Source of the DNA: Tubulanus polymorphus
Taxonomy: Eukaryota > Animalia > Nemertea
Assembly (NCBI RefSeq): GCF_964204645.1
Contig: NC_134028.1
Location: forward strand, 9,672,001-9,736,000
DNA: 64,000 bases
Direction of reading: 5' to 3'
Shown: one piece after another, positions 1 through 11,481 of the stretch
How the letters are laid out: the number at the start of each line of letters is the position of its first letter
Position numbering within the stretch: position 1 is the first letter of the stretch
The notes under the pieces: generated by a model
The model's database searches: none
The model's input: only the letters and a program-made list of their open reading frames with translations
What the model was told of the DNA's origin: nothing
Position numbers and translations under genes: made by a program

Positions 1-136
1 ACTCGATAATGGACGCGTACAACGAAGCCTGGTTAGTTTTCAATAACTCCTTTGATGGAAATAAAACACGATAACTGCCAGATTATACGTTTATTGCTTA
101 CGTATACTCCATCAAAGTGTGTCAATCGCTTTGTAG

Positions 137-3100
137 ATGGGAACATTTGATGTGTATGGAGATGGAAATATATATGCTATTGAAAGATCTGAGCAATCAG
201 TATCAGATGATACAAAAAGAGATGTTAACGATGAGGATCATGCGGTTATTCATGCTGTTACTAAACGAGCATTAAACAGTAATCCAGGTGATTCGCTTGT
301 GTACAATAAATTCTTTAAAGCATTATCTCATTTATGAATCTTAATATATCCAAAACAGTTAGATCTCTTAAGTAAAGGAATAACGATTTTCGTCGTTGGA
401 GTAACTCTCGTAACTCTCGTCGGAAAATGAGTACAGCTTTGATTCCAAAATCACGTTTCTAACGAGTTATATCTCGTCCACCAGGAATGTGATTTCCATT
501 CATAAAATGAATGGGTATTTTCATAGATGGGTAGTCCTATGTCACCGCATTTAATAGTGAAGAACTTGAACAATTTTCGCTAAAGATGAAGTCAATATTC
601 CCATTTATTTTTAGACGTTGTATTCGAAGCGATTCCATTTTGGCACGAAGAAACTAACATACAAAAGACTTACTACCTTGAACTATTTGTCATGATTGAT
701 TACTCAACGCTTTTGCTGTAAGCTTTTATTCATGAACACCGTGCGGTCGTATGAATTTGCTCATAGAAACCAATGAAAATCTTATTATGTTTTAAGTTAT
801 GATAAAGAGGTTGAGAATGCCATAGAACATTATTCACAAGTCGTTAACGGCGTAAGCATGTTTTTTTGTTATTTATCTGGTATTCGGTTTGGCTGTCTAA
901 ACCTTAGCCATCTCCATTCCTTTTATATAATAGATATCGAAAATAGATACAAGAATTCATGAATTATATCGTTGTATACAATCATTTTAGATTGATCTAA
1001 TATTCGGCGCTATCAGCGATAGCGAGTTGCAAGTACGAATTCGCGTGACTGGTTTTTTCGTTGCTCAGGTAAGTACAGGGAACCCCGATATACCGCCCAC
1101 CGAAATGACGCCACCCCGCCTACCGCCAGGTTTTTCGATGTACTTCTCTATATACAAATATTACATAGTAAAACACAAGATATATACCGCCATACTCTCC
1201 ATACGGCCAAAATCGCTCGGCACTGATATGGGCGGTATATCGGGGGTTCACTGCATATCTTAAGACTTTCGACGATTTTGATATAATTATATATGTTATC
1301 AGCGATTATGTGAGTATCTGCGATCCTATGTTTCAAGAGCGCTAGATACGCCCCTTGGACAGATTCTAATCCACAGAAGATGCGCGGTCAAAACGGAGGT
1401 ATTGCGCTGGAAATTCGAAGCGTAAAGTCTAGCATAAAAAGGTGGTTAGCGGTAAGAAAGGATATACTTCCTCCGTACGACCATGTCCAGCTGTATACAG
1501 GGTATGTACATGGACCAGTACGAACTAAGTATGAACTATGTTAGATATTTAGATTAAGGCAAAATACTAAATGTAATCTAGAGACTATAATGTGTTCTTG
1601 GTGAATTTCAGAATACCATTGGTGTACATTGTTAAATCAGATGGCAGCATTAAAGGAGCTGCAGGTAACATTTAGTTGATTATTTTATCGAATTGCTTTT
1701 TTGGCAATTATAAGAATTTTTGTTAATTAGAGGGCTAACAGTCACATACAATCAATAGGGATAACGAATTGGGAATTGATCCAGATCCTTTTTATCTTCT
1801 AGGTGTATCAGGAAACATATGTAGTAACTCTGCGTCACTTGTTCGAGCGGCCCCGACGGATATTATTAGAACCGGCCCTGCTCATGAAATTGGACATAGG
1901 TATTCTATGTTTATCTCAAAGCCGGGAGTTCTATTTTAAGCGGGCAGTTCGTGGTGCGGTGGTTATCGTCACAACGTTCTATTCACCCCAAACAGCAACT
2001 GAATCGTACAATATCATATACATATAATTCATAAAAGTTATGTTATTTTGTAGATCGAAAAGAATGTATGATTTCTATGTAAAGAAAGAGATACAAACTA
2101 TTAAATGTAAATTATGTACAGATAGTATATTTCTATCACCTGTATATAGAAAACATAGATTCTTTTCAATCTTCTACAAAATGTAGATATTCCATGTATT
2201 TATATATGGTCATTTTTATTAGATTTTTAATGTTCAATCAAAGGTATATTATAATTGTTCTTCATATACAATAATAAGTGGTTGTGAATGTAGGTTTTCA
2301 TATCAAAGGTTGAAGACAAAGAAATGTCTGAGGAAGTGATATAATTTAATATTTCATTATTATTGTATCAATAGAAAAAAATCCCGCGAGGTGGGTCTCA
2401 ACTTCGTATTTTATTTCTTAATTGATAAAATAATGATACGTGAAATATTGAATTATTTCACTTTGTTTATTCTTATTTTTGACCCTTCGACCTTTGGTAT
2501 GAAAATCTACTTTCCCAGCTACCCATGTGTACCTTCTTTATATTATGAAGTATGGGAGCCAGTCATGATTATGGGCCTGAATGCCCCAGTCATATGGGTA
2601 GTGTGATGGGAGGTGGACCGCCTTATACATTCTCAAAATGTGCAATCAGAGAGATGAAAGCAAAATTGAAAAGACTCGACGAGTAAGTTTTGGTGATATA
2701 TATGAATTTCTATGAATGGAAACAAGGGTCACATATTGCCAAAACACAACATAAAGTGAGACCTGGATGCGTGCAATTGGGCAGATTTTTGTAACATCTT
2801 TCAGGTTAAACAAGAACTGTTTACTGAATAACGCGACAAATGAAAAGAAATACGCTGAAATAATTGAAAAACTACCTGGACAATTCTACAATGCTGATGA
2901 ACAATGTAAAATGAAAAATGGACCAGATTCGGTGAATTGTGTTTTTCGAGTACGTATTTACAAAATGTCGAGCGATGTGGAACCTAAGATAAAAGGCATG
3001 AATGATCGTAGGCTCATTAATTTCAAAGCAAACTTCCTAGTCTCTGGCCCACAGACCGTGTTTGAGAAAAAAAATTATAATCAAATCAAAGTTATTCGTA

Positions 3101-3433
3101 GTTGACCCGTGGGTATATATAAAGTCATCGACACACTCAGTTGCAATCGTAAAAAATGATTTACATTCTATTAAAATAGTATGCGAGGAGGTATAGCCGA
3201 TGCGAACGCCTTTCGTGCACAAATAAAAGTAAGAATTGTATAACAGGATATCAACCCCCGGCGTACGGGACCTCATGCGGGAACGGAATGGTAAAAGTCG
3301 TTCCTTGATGTGATAGATAAGAGTTGCATACGGTACATGTGTTAATGTTTGTATGTACATTCCTTTACTTTTTCATTTTCAGTGGTGCATCCGAGGTCAA
3401 TGTGTATTCGACGAGAAAGCGCCTTATCTGTAA
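137..3433 (+). CDS. Secreted reprolysin (M12B)/ADAMTS-like zinc metalloprotease, multi-exon, 5' end upstream of the window
   Basis: GT-AG exons read by eye: 137-287 (prodomain-like), ~615-717 (KTYYLELFVMIDYS), ~797-852, ~991-1068, ~1338-1501 (PPYDHVQLYTG), ~1612-1664, 1803-1899 (...AHEIGH), 2551-~2681 (SMGASHD...VMG Met-turn...FSKC), ~2806-2949 (CLLN...LPGQFYNADEQC), two short exons at ~3180-3291 (GTSCGNGM) and ~3383-3433 (WCIRGQCV...TAA). Spliced zinc motif HEIGHSMGASHD matches HExxHxxGxxHD; AATAAA follows at ~3455. Confidence 0.85.
1076..1253. mobile_element. Small MITE (Tc1/mariner-pogo-like CAG...CTG ends) in a metalloprotease intron
   Basis: Near-perfect terminal inverted repeats CAGGGAACCCCGATATACCGCCCA / TGGGCGGTATATCGGGGGTTCACTG; a degenerate relative lies at ~4204-4378. 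Confidence 0.6.
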
Positions 3434-5269
3434 CATCGTTTTTTCATACGGTGCAATAAATGCAATAGCTCAAGAGTATAATTGTTTTCGTTTATCACTA
3501 GTGCATTTCATACACTGATATCGGATCAAGGAATGGGTTTTTACAAGTCATCTCATCAATGAACGTTATAACTAGAGATACGTTAGCAATAGCCCCTCGC
3601 TCGATGGAGATAACTGAATAGATAGGGATTGGGAGGGGTGGGGTCAACATTTTTTGTGGACGTATCCTTGGACAGCCCGTTATGGATCTTCACTTAACGT
3701 CTGCATCTTAATTGGATTTTAGGACAAATTGCCAATTATTTGCGTGCAATGGGATACTGGCAACACCAGATGGCGCAACAAATCATTGGGTTACTCGTAG
3801 TGAAAATCAGTTCATTTTCAATGAAATTTGAACATCATTTTTAGGCTTCCAAATCCGGAAATTATCAAACAAGTCATCGGATAGATATAAGATTTCCTTT
3901 CTAACTAAGAGTGTGGTATTGATATCACTGAAAATTGATTTACTTATCAGAAAATTTTACTCAGTTTATTGAAATGTAGAAGAAAATGAAGCGCGGTGAA
4001 CCAGTGCCACTAGCGATCCTGGCGGATTAACGCTGAATCCTCGCTTCCCTCAGTAGCCTTGCCGGTATCCCATTGGCATAGAAATCTGACCATCGATTTT
4101 GAGTGGAAGGCCAGCGTCCCTGGATGCACGGGTCGACTACATCATCTGATTCTACTACACTGACATGGAAAATATCCAAAAAAGAGCATAAGGTTTTATT
4201 ACTACAGTCAACACCCCCCCCCCCTGATATACCGCGCCCCGAATGACTTATAATTTGGGGAGTATGTCGGTGGTCATATCTTAGTACAAAATACCGATAT
4301 TCCGTTCTCGGACATAAACCTGGCTTTTGGCGGGGGTCAGTTTACTCATACGTTGGTACATCAAGGATTGGCTGTATATGGTGTTAATGGATATTCTGTC
4401 GAACGTTTTCTTCCTAAGACGAATTCAATCTAATCGAAATTGAAGTAGACTGCAACTCACAGATGCTGCTTGATACATCAAACTGGTTACTAACAACACA
4501 GCGACTGTGCGTAATCTAAAACCACGAAAAACATAAATGGACCAGGAAAGTGTAATGATTACACTTCCCTGAATGAACGAAGAGCCATTTTAAAACGATT
4601 GAAACTGATCAAAATGGCTTTTCCAATGCAATAAACAAAGTCTCCCTATTTTGTAGTCGTACTCAATTGAAATTAACAACGACGCATAGTTTAGTTAAGA
4701 TTTTATGAAAATCCACCGTCAATTGACGCAATCTCCCCGAAGTTGAACTACAAAATCCTACTACACACTTGGTACACACGAGTACCTATTATATTTTGTC
4801 AATGAATTATTATGACATCAAATGAAAATTTAATTTCCACGGAATTGAATTGTTTTTCATTCAATTTCATCTTTTTCACCCGATGGCCATTTAATTCTGA
4901 CTTTTTCAAGGAATTAAATCATTTTCATCTTATTCTATTTTTTTCTTTTATTGGCGGCCATTTAATTCCGACTTTGAACTCGGATTTAAATCGTTTTGAG
5001 TTAGAATGCCATTACAAATTTGAAATACAATACATCATTCATTTTTAGGATATTTAGTTTTCATTGTAAAGTCGGTCAGTGTGCGCTGTGTAATTCGATT
5101 TTGTGGTGATTCTAACGATTTTCTTTTGAAGTATAAAATATTTCGTTGTTTTGTTTGGAGAGAGTCCCTAGGTTAGTAGACCATAGGTCAGGGTGGGTAG
5201 ATGAGGTTATTATAAAGTGTTAAGATGATGGGTGGTAGGTAGTCATTCAATTCAAGTCATGATTTACCA

Positions 5270-5634
5270 CATGTTACTTCCGTGTTGTTGGAAATCTCGC
5301 GAGAATGGTGCAACATTGAAACTGTCCATAAATGTCAAATTTCATACATTATTTTTTGTACATATTCATCATTATCCGATAAACGATTGCATGTTAACTA
5401 CCAGTATGTTTGGCCGCGATATGGTTGCCTGGGACAGTTATCGTAGTTACCGGTAACCAATCTATTGCTTTATCGCTCATACTGATCGTAAACAGCCAAC
5501 TTTTTCACTACTTTAGTTAACGTTGATAAATAAGCAATATCAATACAAGCTATTTTAGTGATATTTGCAATCTATTTGCCGTTTACATTTTTGCCGTAAT
5601 CTCGCGAGATAATCAACAACCCGGAAGTAACATG
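5270..5634. mobile_element. MITE-like element with 35-bp inverted repeats containing TCTCGCGAGA
   Basis: CATGTTACTTCCGTGTTGTTGGAAATCTCGCGAGA at 5270 is the inverted, slightly mismatched copy of TCTCGCGAGATAATCAACAACCCGGAAGTAACATG ending at 5634; related sequence at ~20482-20600. Confidence 0.55.
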
Positions 5635-5687
5635 CAGGCAAAATGCAGCTTCGTGAACCGGTGACATTATTTTTCTGAGTATATAGA

Positions 5688-5809
5688 AGTAATAGGGAAT
5701 ATGTTGTTTCAAGCCAAAGGTCGAAAGGTCGAAAAATAAATTCTCGCACACTCGAATTTATTTTCCAACCTTTCAACCTTTGACTTGAAACAACATATTC
5801 CCTATTACT
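5688..5809. repeat. Left terminal palindrome (hairpin): 56-nt arms, 10-nt loop
   Basis: AGTAATAGGGAATATGTTGTTTCAAGCCAAAGGTCGAAAGGTCGAAAAATAAATTC-TCGCACACTC-GAATTTATTTTCCAACCTTTCAACCTTTGACTTGAAACAACATATTCCCTATTACT; 52 of 56 positions are Watson-Crick pairs. Confidence 0.95.
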
Positions 5810-5873
5810 CTTATAATATTCATATATATGAATAATTTCTAAAATAAATGTTAATAAAAGATATGTTATTAAA

Positions 5874-6209
5874 ATGGAGAGTAAAAAAGTACACAGTGAA
5901 TTCTTAAATAGAATTAAAGATATCACAAATGTAAAATCTGTAGATAATAAATTTAAAAAGTTAACGGAATTAACAATTCATAAGAAATATTTAATTACAA
6001 ATATTGATACAGTTACTAACAAATATGGAGATAGATTAGTTATCCACTTAGAATATGAAGGATTAAAAGGAAATACATTCAGAACATATTTACCAGATAG
6101 ATTTCATAGATTATCAAGTGAAGATTTAGAAGAATTATGTTCTGGAGATTTCTATTTCATATACAAAGGTAAGAATGAAAAAGGGCACCATGAAATAGAT
6201 TCCGAATAA
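5874..6209 (+). CDS. Small viral protein, putative OB-fold ssDNA-binding protein
   Basis: Intact 111-aa ORF whose ATG lies inside the left TIR. The pattern KKLTEL...Y.I...V.NKYGDRLVIHL...YLPDRF...YFIYKG resembles small beta-barrel proteins of Polinton-type elements; the fold assignment is inference. Confidence 0.5.
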   Translation: MESKKVHSEFLNRIKDITNVKSVDNKFKKLTELTIHKKYLITNIDTVTNKYGDRLVIHLEYEGLKGNTFRTYLPDRFHRLSSEDLEELCSGDFYFIYKGKNEKGHHEIDSE

Positions 6210-6223
6210 AATATGTAAAATAA

Positions 6224-7045
6224 ATGGTAGAATTAAAAGAATACAGAATATTTGTTGATTCTAGAAGACTTACTAATTATAAATCACATAATTAACTAGT
6301 ACAATTAGATAGAGAATTTAAGAATTGTGTTGATTTAAAATTAGTAAATATAAATTTATGTAACTCATTTTACAATATATCGAATAAAACTGTTGAACAC
6401 AGAGCCTTTTTAATTTTTTATTAAAAATAAAAATAAATGGGCCTATATATATTTAAAACCAGGGTTATATAATTTAGATACATTGGCACAAGAAATTAAT
6501 AGAAAAGCCTGGCACAAGTCGGGTAATAATTCCGGGTTTAATATTAGATTTTTAAAAAGTGAGAGTTCTAACAAAATAAAGATAAGGTTGACTGATATTG
6601 AAAAACATAAATTTATGGTAAAAAAACCTATAGCTAAACTGTTAGGAATTCCTCCAGATAGATCTTTTACAAATATTGATGCTACACCAAACTTAATACC
6701 TTTTACACACTTTTTTATATTTATTGCAATTTAATCGATCCTACAAAAACATTCGAAGCAACTAAAGATATAACTTGTAATTCTGGTTTATAAAACATTT
6801 TACCATTGAAGAATGTTAAAGAATTTGGAACGCAAATAAATTATAATTTAACAGAATGTGATTTCAAACCATGCATTCCTCAATTTAATAATTTTAAATT
6901 AGAAATTAGAAATCATAATGGATATTTCATTGATTTGAATAACTTTCCTGTGATATATGAATTAGTTATAAGATGTAGAGAGTATTTTTTTCACTATATT
7001 ATAAATGAATATAACTGTTGGACCGAGTATATGTTTTGGGTTTGA
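6224..7045 (+). pseudogene. Minor capsid protein (penton, single jelly roll), disrupted
   Basis: Starts at TAAATG 6221. Reconstructed fragments MVELKEYRIFVDSR, NSFYNI, IYLKPGLYNLDTLAQEIN, AKLLGI and FKLEIRNHNGYFIDLNNFPVIYELVIR are typical penton motifs; contains an in-frame stop and frameshifts. Confidence 0.75.
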
Positions 7046-7349
7046 TTTTAAACATAAACGTAAAGAAATGAGAATTAAACTAAATGATGTAATTACTGAT
7101 ATTAAAAGTAAATCATTTAACAATGCATCAATGATTAATAAAGAAAATTATAATATAGAAAAAGTAATTGATTTAATCAAAACGTCTTTAGAATATTATG
7201 TATTAAATCAAGATGGAATTATCGATGATATTAAAGATATATTATCTAAAATATATGATAATCATAAAAGTAGTAATGAAATAAATGTTGAATTAATCAT
7301 AAATAAGATAACTAAATATTTTGAAGATAGTAATTTTTTTTCTAAATAA
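7005..7349 (+). CDS. Hypothetical viral protein, 114 aa
   Basis: Intact ORF beginning at TAAATG; its stop codon is fused to the next start (TAAATG 7347-7352). Confidence 0.55.
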   Translation: MNITVGPSICFGFDFKHKRKEMRIKLNDVITDIKSKSFNNASMINKENYNIEKVIDLIKTSLEYYVLNQDGIIDDIKDILSKIYDNHKSSNEINVELIINKITKYFEDSNFFSK

Positions 7350-7571
7350 ATGGCGGATCAGAAGTGGATAATAACTGGATTATATAATGGAGCATTATTA
7401 TCAGTGGGAACTGTTGGTTATTCAATGGTATTAAAAAAAGTATTTAAAATGGGAAGTGTTAATATTGATAGATTTGATATAAATGATATCTTAAAATCAA
7501 CGTTAGCAGTTACTTTATCTAATTTAACTATTGATTATTTAGAAAAACAAAAATATATTCCTCCTATATAA
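7350..7571 (+). CDS. Small hydrophobic viral protein, 73 aa
   Basis: Intact ORF with TAAATG start, two hydrophobic stretches and a C-terminal DYLEKQKYIP; followed by a 34-aa ORF at 7572 that also starts at TAAATG. Confidence 0.6.
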   Translation: MADQKWIITGLYNGALLSVGTVGYSMVLKKVFKMGSVNIDRFDINDILKSTLAVTLSNLTIDYLEKQKYIPPI

Positions 7572-7692
7572 ATGCGTAATTATTTACTAAATACACTAGA
7601 TTATATAATGAGTTTAAATGGTAATATAACAGTTGAACAACAAGATAAATTATTAAAAGAATTAATAAATCATTAATTTCTTAATTAAATAA

Positions 7693-8917
7693 ATGGGGTT
7701 TCCAAAAGCTTTCTAATATAATAAATCAATTAAATATAATATTCCTGCAAAAGATTTTAATAAAAATATTACATATAAAAATTTAGTTTTAAATTCATTA
7801 ACTAATTTAGAAATTTATGTTACTGAAACACAGTTTTTTATTTCTAAAATGGAAAATATATTTAGTACATATGAAGTTACTTTTACTTGAGATGAATATC
7901 ATATATATATAAAGTAAAATCTAATATGAAATATTGGCAGAATCAATTAAATTTTGCTGTTTATTGTGCAACAACTGGTTGTGGTATAAGTTGGAATGAT
8001 CATTTGAATAACTTAGATAAAAGTTTGAATAATTATGATTTAAAATTAATTCACACAATATTTACATTTCACACGTATTTTCAAATCAGAATAATATTAA
8101 ATGAATAAGAATGTCCTTTGCCTGGATCTAAATATTTTAAAGAATTGGATAATAATATTAATCTATCTAAGTTTTATAAAATATATAATGAATTTAATAT
8201 AAATATTAATTCCGATTTTAGAGCGCATGGTAAATTGCAAGGTATTGGTGAACAGTATGAAATAAAAAGAATTGATTATATGCATAGAATTGGAGCTTAA
8301 TTTTATTTTAGAAAATAGTGAAGGTTTTACAAAATCAGGCATACAAAGAATAAATCAATCTATTAGAACTTATTTGATATGCATTCTAGGTGCGCAAGTT
8401 GAAACAAGAACCCCAATATTTGGAAATGATAATACTTCATTTGATACACAAAAACAATTCAAAGTTTTATTTGGAGATTCCATTCATAATGATAAAAATA
8501 CATCGATTCAGGTACCAAAATTATTTAGATAAATCACACATTAGATTAAATTATTGTATAGGCCCTAATCTATTAACTATTTATAATGATTTAGTATTAA
8601 AGATGGGAAATATAATTGGTTATAATAATTTAATTAAGACTGCAACAATAAATAATTCATTTGGATTGAATGATATAGATAAAAAGATTATAACTGCTCC
8701 AAAATTAATGGAAGGTGAAAAAATTAAAAAACATATTCAATCAACAGAAACTAAAACTAAGAATATTAAATTAAATAATGATTCTAAAATAAAAGATTAC
8801 AATACTACAGAAAATATTCAACATGACATAATTAAAACTGATAATGATAATAAATCCCATGAAAATGCTAAATTAGCTATAACTTGTATAGGAATTGTAA
8901 TAGGAGGAATATTATAA
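7693..8917 (+). pseudogene. Conserved-looking Polinton-like virus protein (WQNQLNFAVYCATTGCG motif) with C-terminal hydrophobic anchor, fragmented
   Basis: TAAATG start at 7690. ORF-track pieces 7926-8108, 8118-8300, 8272-8532 and 8390-8917 are collinear fragments; ends with LAITCIGIVIGGIL. Confidence 0.6.
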
Positions 8918-8945
8918 ATTAGATTTTAATTTTTATAGGATATAA

Positions 8946-10397
8946 ATGGAATTAGAAGGTGGAGAAGCTTATGAAATGGGAGAAATGGGAAATAATAATG
9001 ATGGGTATATTGATGATGATTATAATGATGCTGAAACTAATATTGATAATGATGATGGATCAGCATATAATTCTAATTTAGCAGATAGTGGTTCTAAAGG
9101 ACTATCAACAGATGAATTTGATAGAAGAACTAAATCGAGAATAAATCCTGAAAATAAAAATCCAGATTTAGTAAAACAAAATTTAGAATATAATGAATAT
9201 ATTTGTACTTTCAAACCTATATTTGAAAGATCAGGATATAATATCAATGATAGAGGTGCTTGACTTTTAGTACAAGAATGAAAATCTTTAGATGGTGAAT
9301 ATTATTATTATTTGAAAGATGATTATTATATTGATATCACTTATAATCAAAACAAAATATTAGAAGAATCAACTTTGAGTAATTTAGAACCATATAGAAT
9401 TAAAAGAATAAGTAATAGTAATGAAATAGAAAATGTAACACATGAAGAAATAATTCAAAATAAAAGATTATTTAAACAAAGAATTAATGACTTATTTGAA
9501 ACAATCAATGATAATTTAGAACCAGAAAGAACTTCTGAACAGAATATAACTTCCAAAACTAGTAAACTTAAATCAAATAAAGTACCAATTGAAAAACTTT
9601 TACCAAATGGATTACTTGATGCAACAGATCAAGAATTAGAAGATTTAGATATATTTTCTGATAAAGCAATTAGAGAAATTATTAGTATAAGACTTGCATC
9701 TGATAAAATTGCGCATGATAAAAGTATAAGAGATTTTTAAATTAGAACTTCGGAAAAAGATAGAACTGATAAAATTAAAGAAATAGAACAACTAAAATCA
9801 GATAGAGATAATAAAGTTATTGAAGAAATTGAATTTAAAAAAAGAAATGCATATTTAGAAAAAGAAAAAGATGATTTAGAATATAACATAGAATTTCAGA
9901 AAGAAGAAATTAAATTATTAAAAAAATCACATGATTATAATATTAATAGATTTAAAGTTATTTTTAAAGATTTGTTGATGAAACCAAATTCTGAAATATT
10001 ATTAAAAGATAGAATAAAATTATTATTTCAATTAGAAGGTATCACAATTCTTTCAATTCTAACAGCTGTAACTATGGTATTTACAACAATTGGTTTAGCA
10101 ATATCAAATTCATTAAAATCTACACCTACTCCTAAAAAACCTGATAAACCTCCGAGTAATAATAATTCTATACAAGATAAAGTTGAGGATGGTTTAAAAA
10201 AATTAGCAAAATATTTATGGGAACTATCTAAAAAATCTGCTGCAGCTTTACCCGGAGTTATTGCATCAATTGTTGGTTTTATATTGAAATCTGCAGGAAA
10301 CATTATTAACTTTGCTGCTGAAAATATTATTTTATTTTTAATTACAGTTGTTAGTGCAATTATTTTTGGGTTAGTGAATATGATAAAAAATAGATAA
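8946..10397 (+). pseudogene. Large viral protein: acidic N-terminus, coiled coil, C-terminal transmembrane/amphipathic helices, fragmented
   Basis: TAAATG start. Same-frame pieces 8946-9263, 9312-9740 and 9972-10397 are separated by stops; hydrophobic segments EGITILSILTAVTMVFTTIGLAI and AAALPGVIASIVGFIL...IILFLITVVSAIIFGLV. Confidence 0.6.
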
Positions 10398-10416
10398 TTG
10401 ATTTTTTGTTAAATAA

Positions 10417-11480
10417 ATGAGTGGGAGTTATATAAATCCTTCTAAGAATTCAAGAATATCTAATGCTATTAAAGCAGAGAGATCTCATCATATAATTACT
10501 CATAATCCTTCTAATAGTAATTCTGATGAAACTTTATATGTAAGAATCCCCAGATTAACACAAAATACTTTTTATGTTCCAAATAGTATTTATTTATCAG
10601 CTTATATAAATGTTACTGGTAATAATAATAATTATGTTGTTGATTATGTTGGAAGATATTTGATTAAAAAATTAACTATAAAGATTGGTCCAGAAACAGT
10701 TTTCTCATTAGATGATTATAATTTATTTACGCATTATAAAGATTTATGGTTAACAAAAGAAAATAGAAATAATATGATTTTCCAAGGCATGCAATCAGAA
10801 AATCAAAATAAATTAAGATCAGGAGCTAATGACGCAATAGTAACTCGTACTGCAGATAATTTGATTAAAAAGATTTATGGTAGTAAATATAAAATTCCAT
10901 TAGATTTTGAATTGATAAATAATAATGCACCTTTATATAAATACGCAATTCAAGAAGATGTTATATTTGAAATAACATTTGCTCCTGAAATTGTATTATC
11001 TAGCGTTGTTAAAGATATGGGTTATAAATTATCGAATATATGTTTAGAATATGATACAGTAACTGATGAAAATATTGCTAGCATAATTCAAACTAAATAC
11101 AATCAAGGATTTTCATTATTATATGATTATATTGATAAATTTAAAACTGTAACTATTAATGCAAGTGATGAAATTATTAATGAGAATATTATCTTCCCAA
11201 GACGATCTATTAAAGGTATATTAATATTTTTTACCATTGCAACATATTCTAATGGCGCAAACAGGTCGATAATTATTATAATCCTGAAATAACAAAAGTA
11301 GAAATAACTATCGAAGGTATAGCAAATAAAATATTTTGTCAAGGAATGAGAATGATAGATCAGTGGCCAGAAATTAGATAACATTTTATGAATGAAAAAG
11401 TAAAATCATCTGAAAATTGTAATATTTATCAAATTGATTATTATACCGGTAATAAATATGCACTATGGTTAGATTTCAGA
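10417..11480 (+). pseudogene. Major capsid protein (double jelly roll, Polinton/adintovirus hexon-like), frameshifted and 3'-truncated
   Basis: 291-aa ORF (ERSHHIITHNPS...ETLYVRIPRL...YKIPLDFEL...YKLSNICLEYDTV) continues after a frameshift at ~11270 as YYNPEITKVEITIEG...QGM...KYALWLDFR, then breaks off at ~11480. Confidence 0.85.
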
Positions 11481-11481
11481 T

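Noticed and set aside
5555-5926. 123-aa minus-strand ORF across the left virus end, and 17043-17363 across the right end
   Set aside because: They span palindromic non-coding termini and host flank; no recognisable protein features.
6980-10410. TTTTTNT poxvirus early-termination-like signals near gene ends
   Set aside because: Expected frequently by chance at this AT content; not used as evidence.
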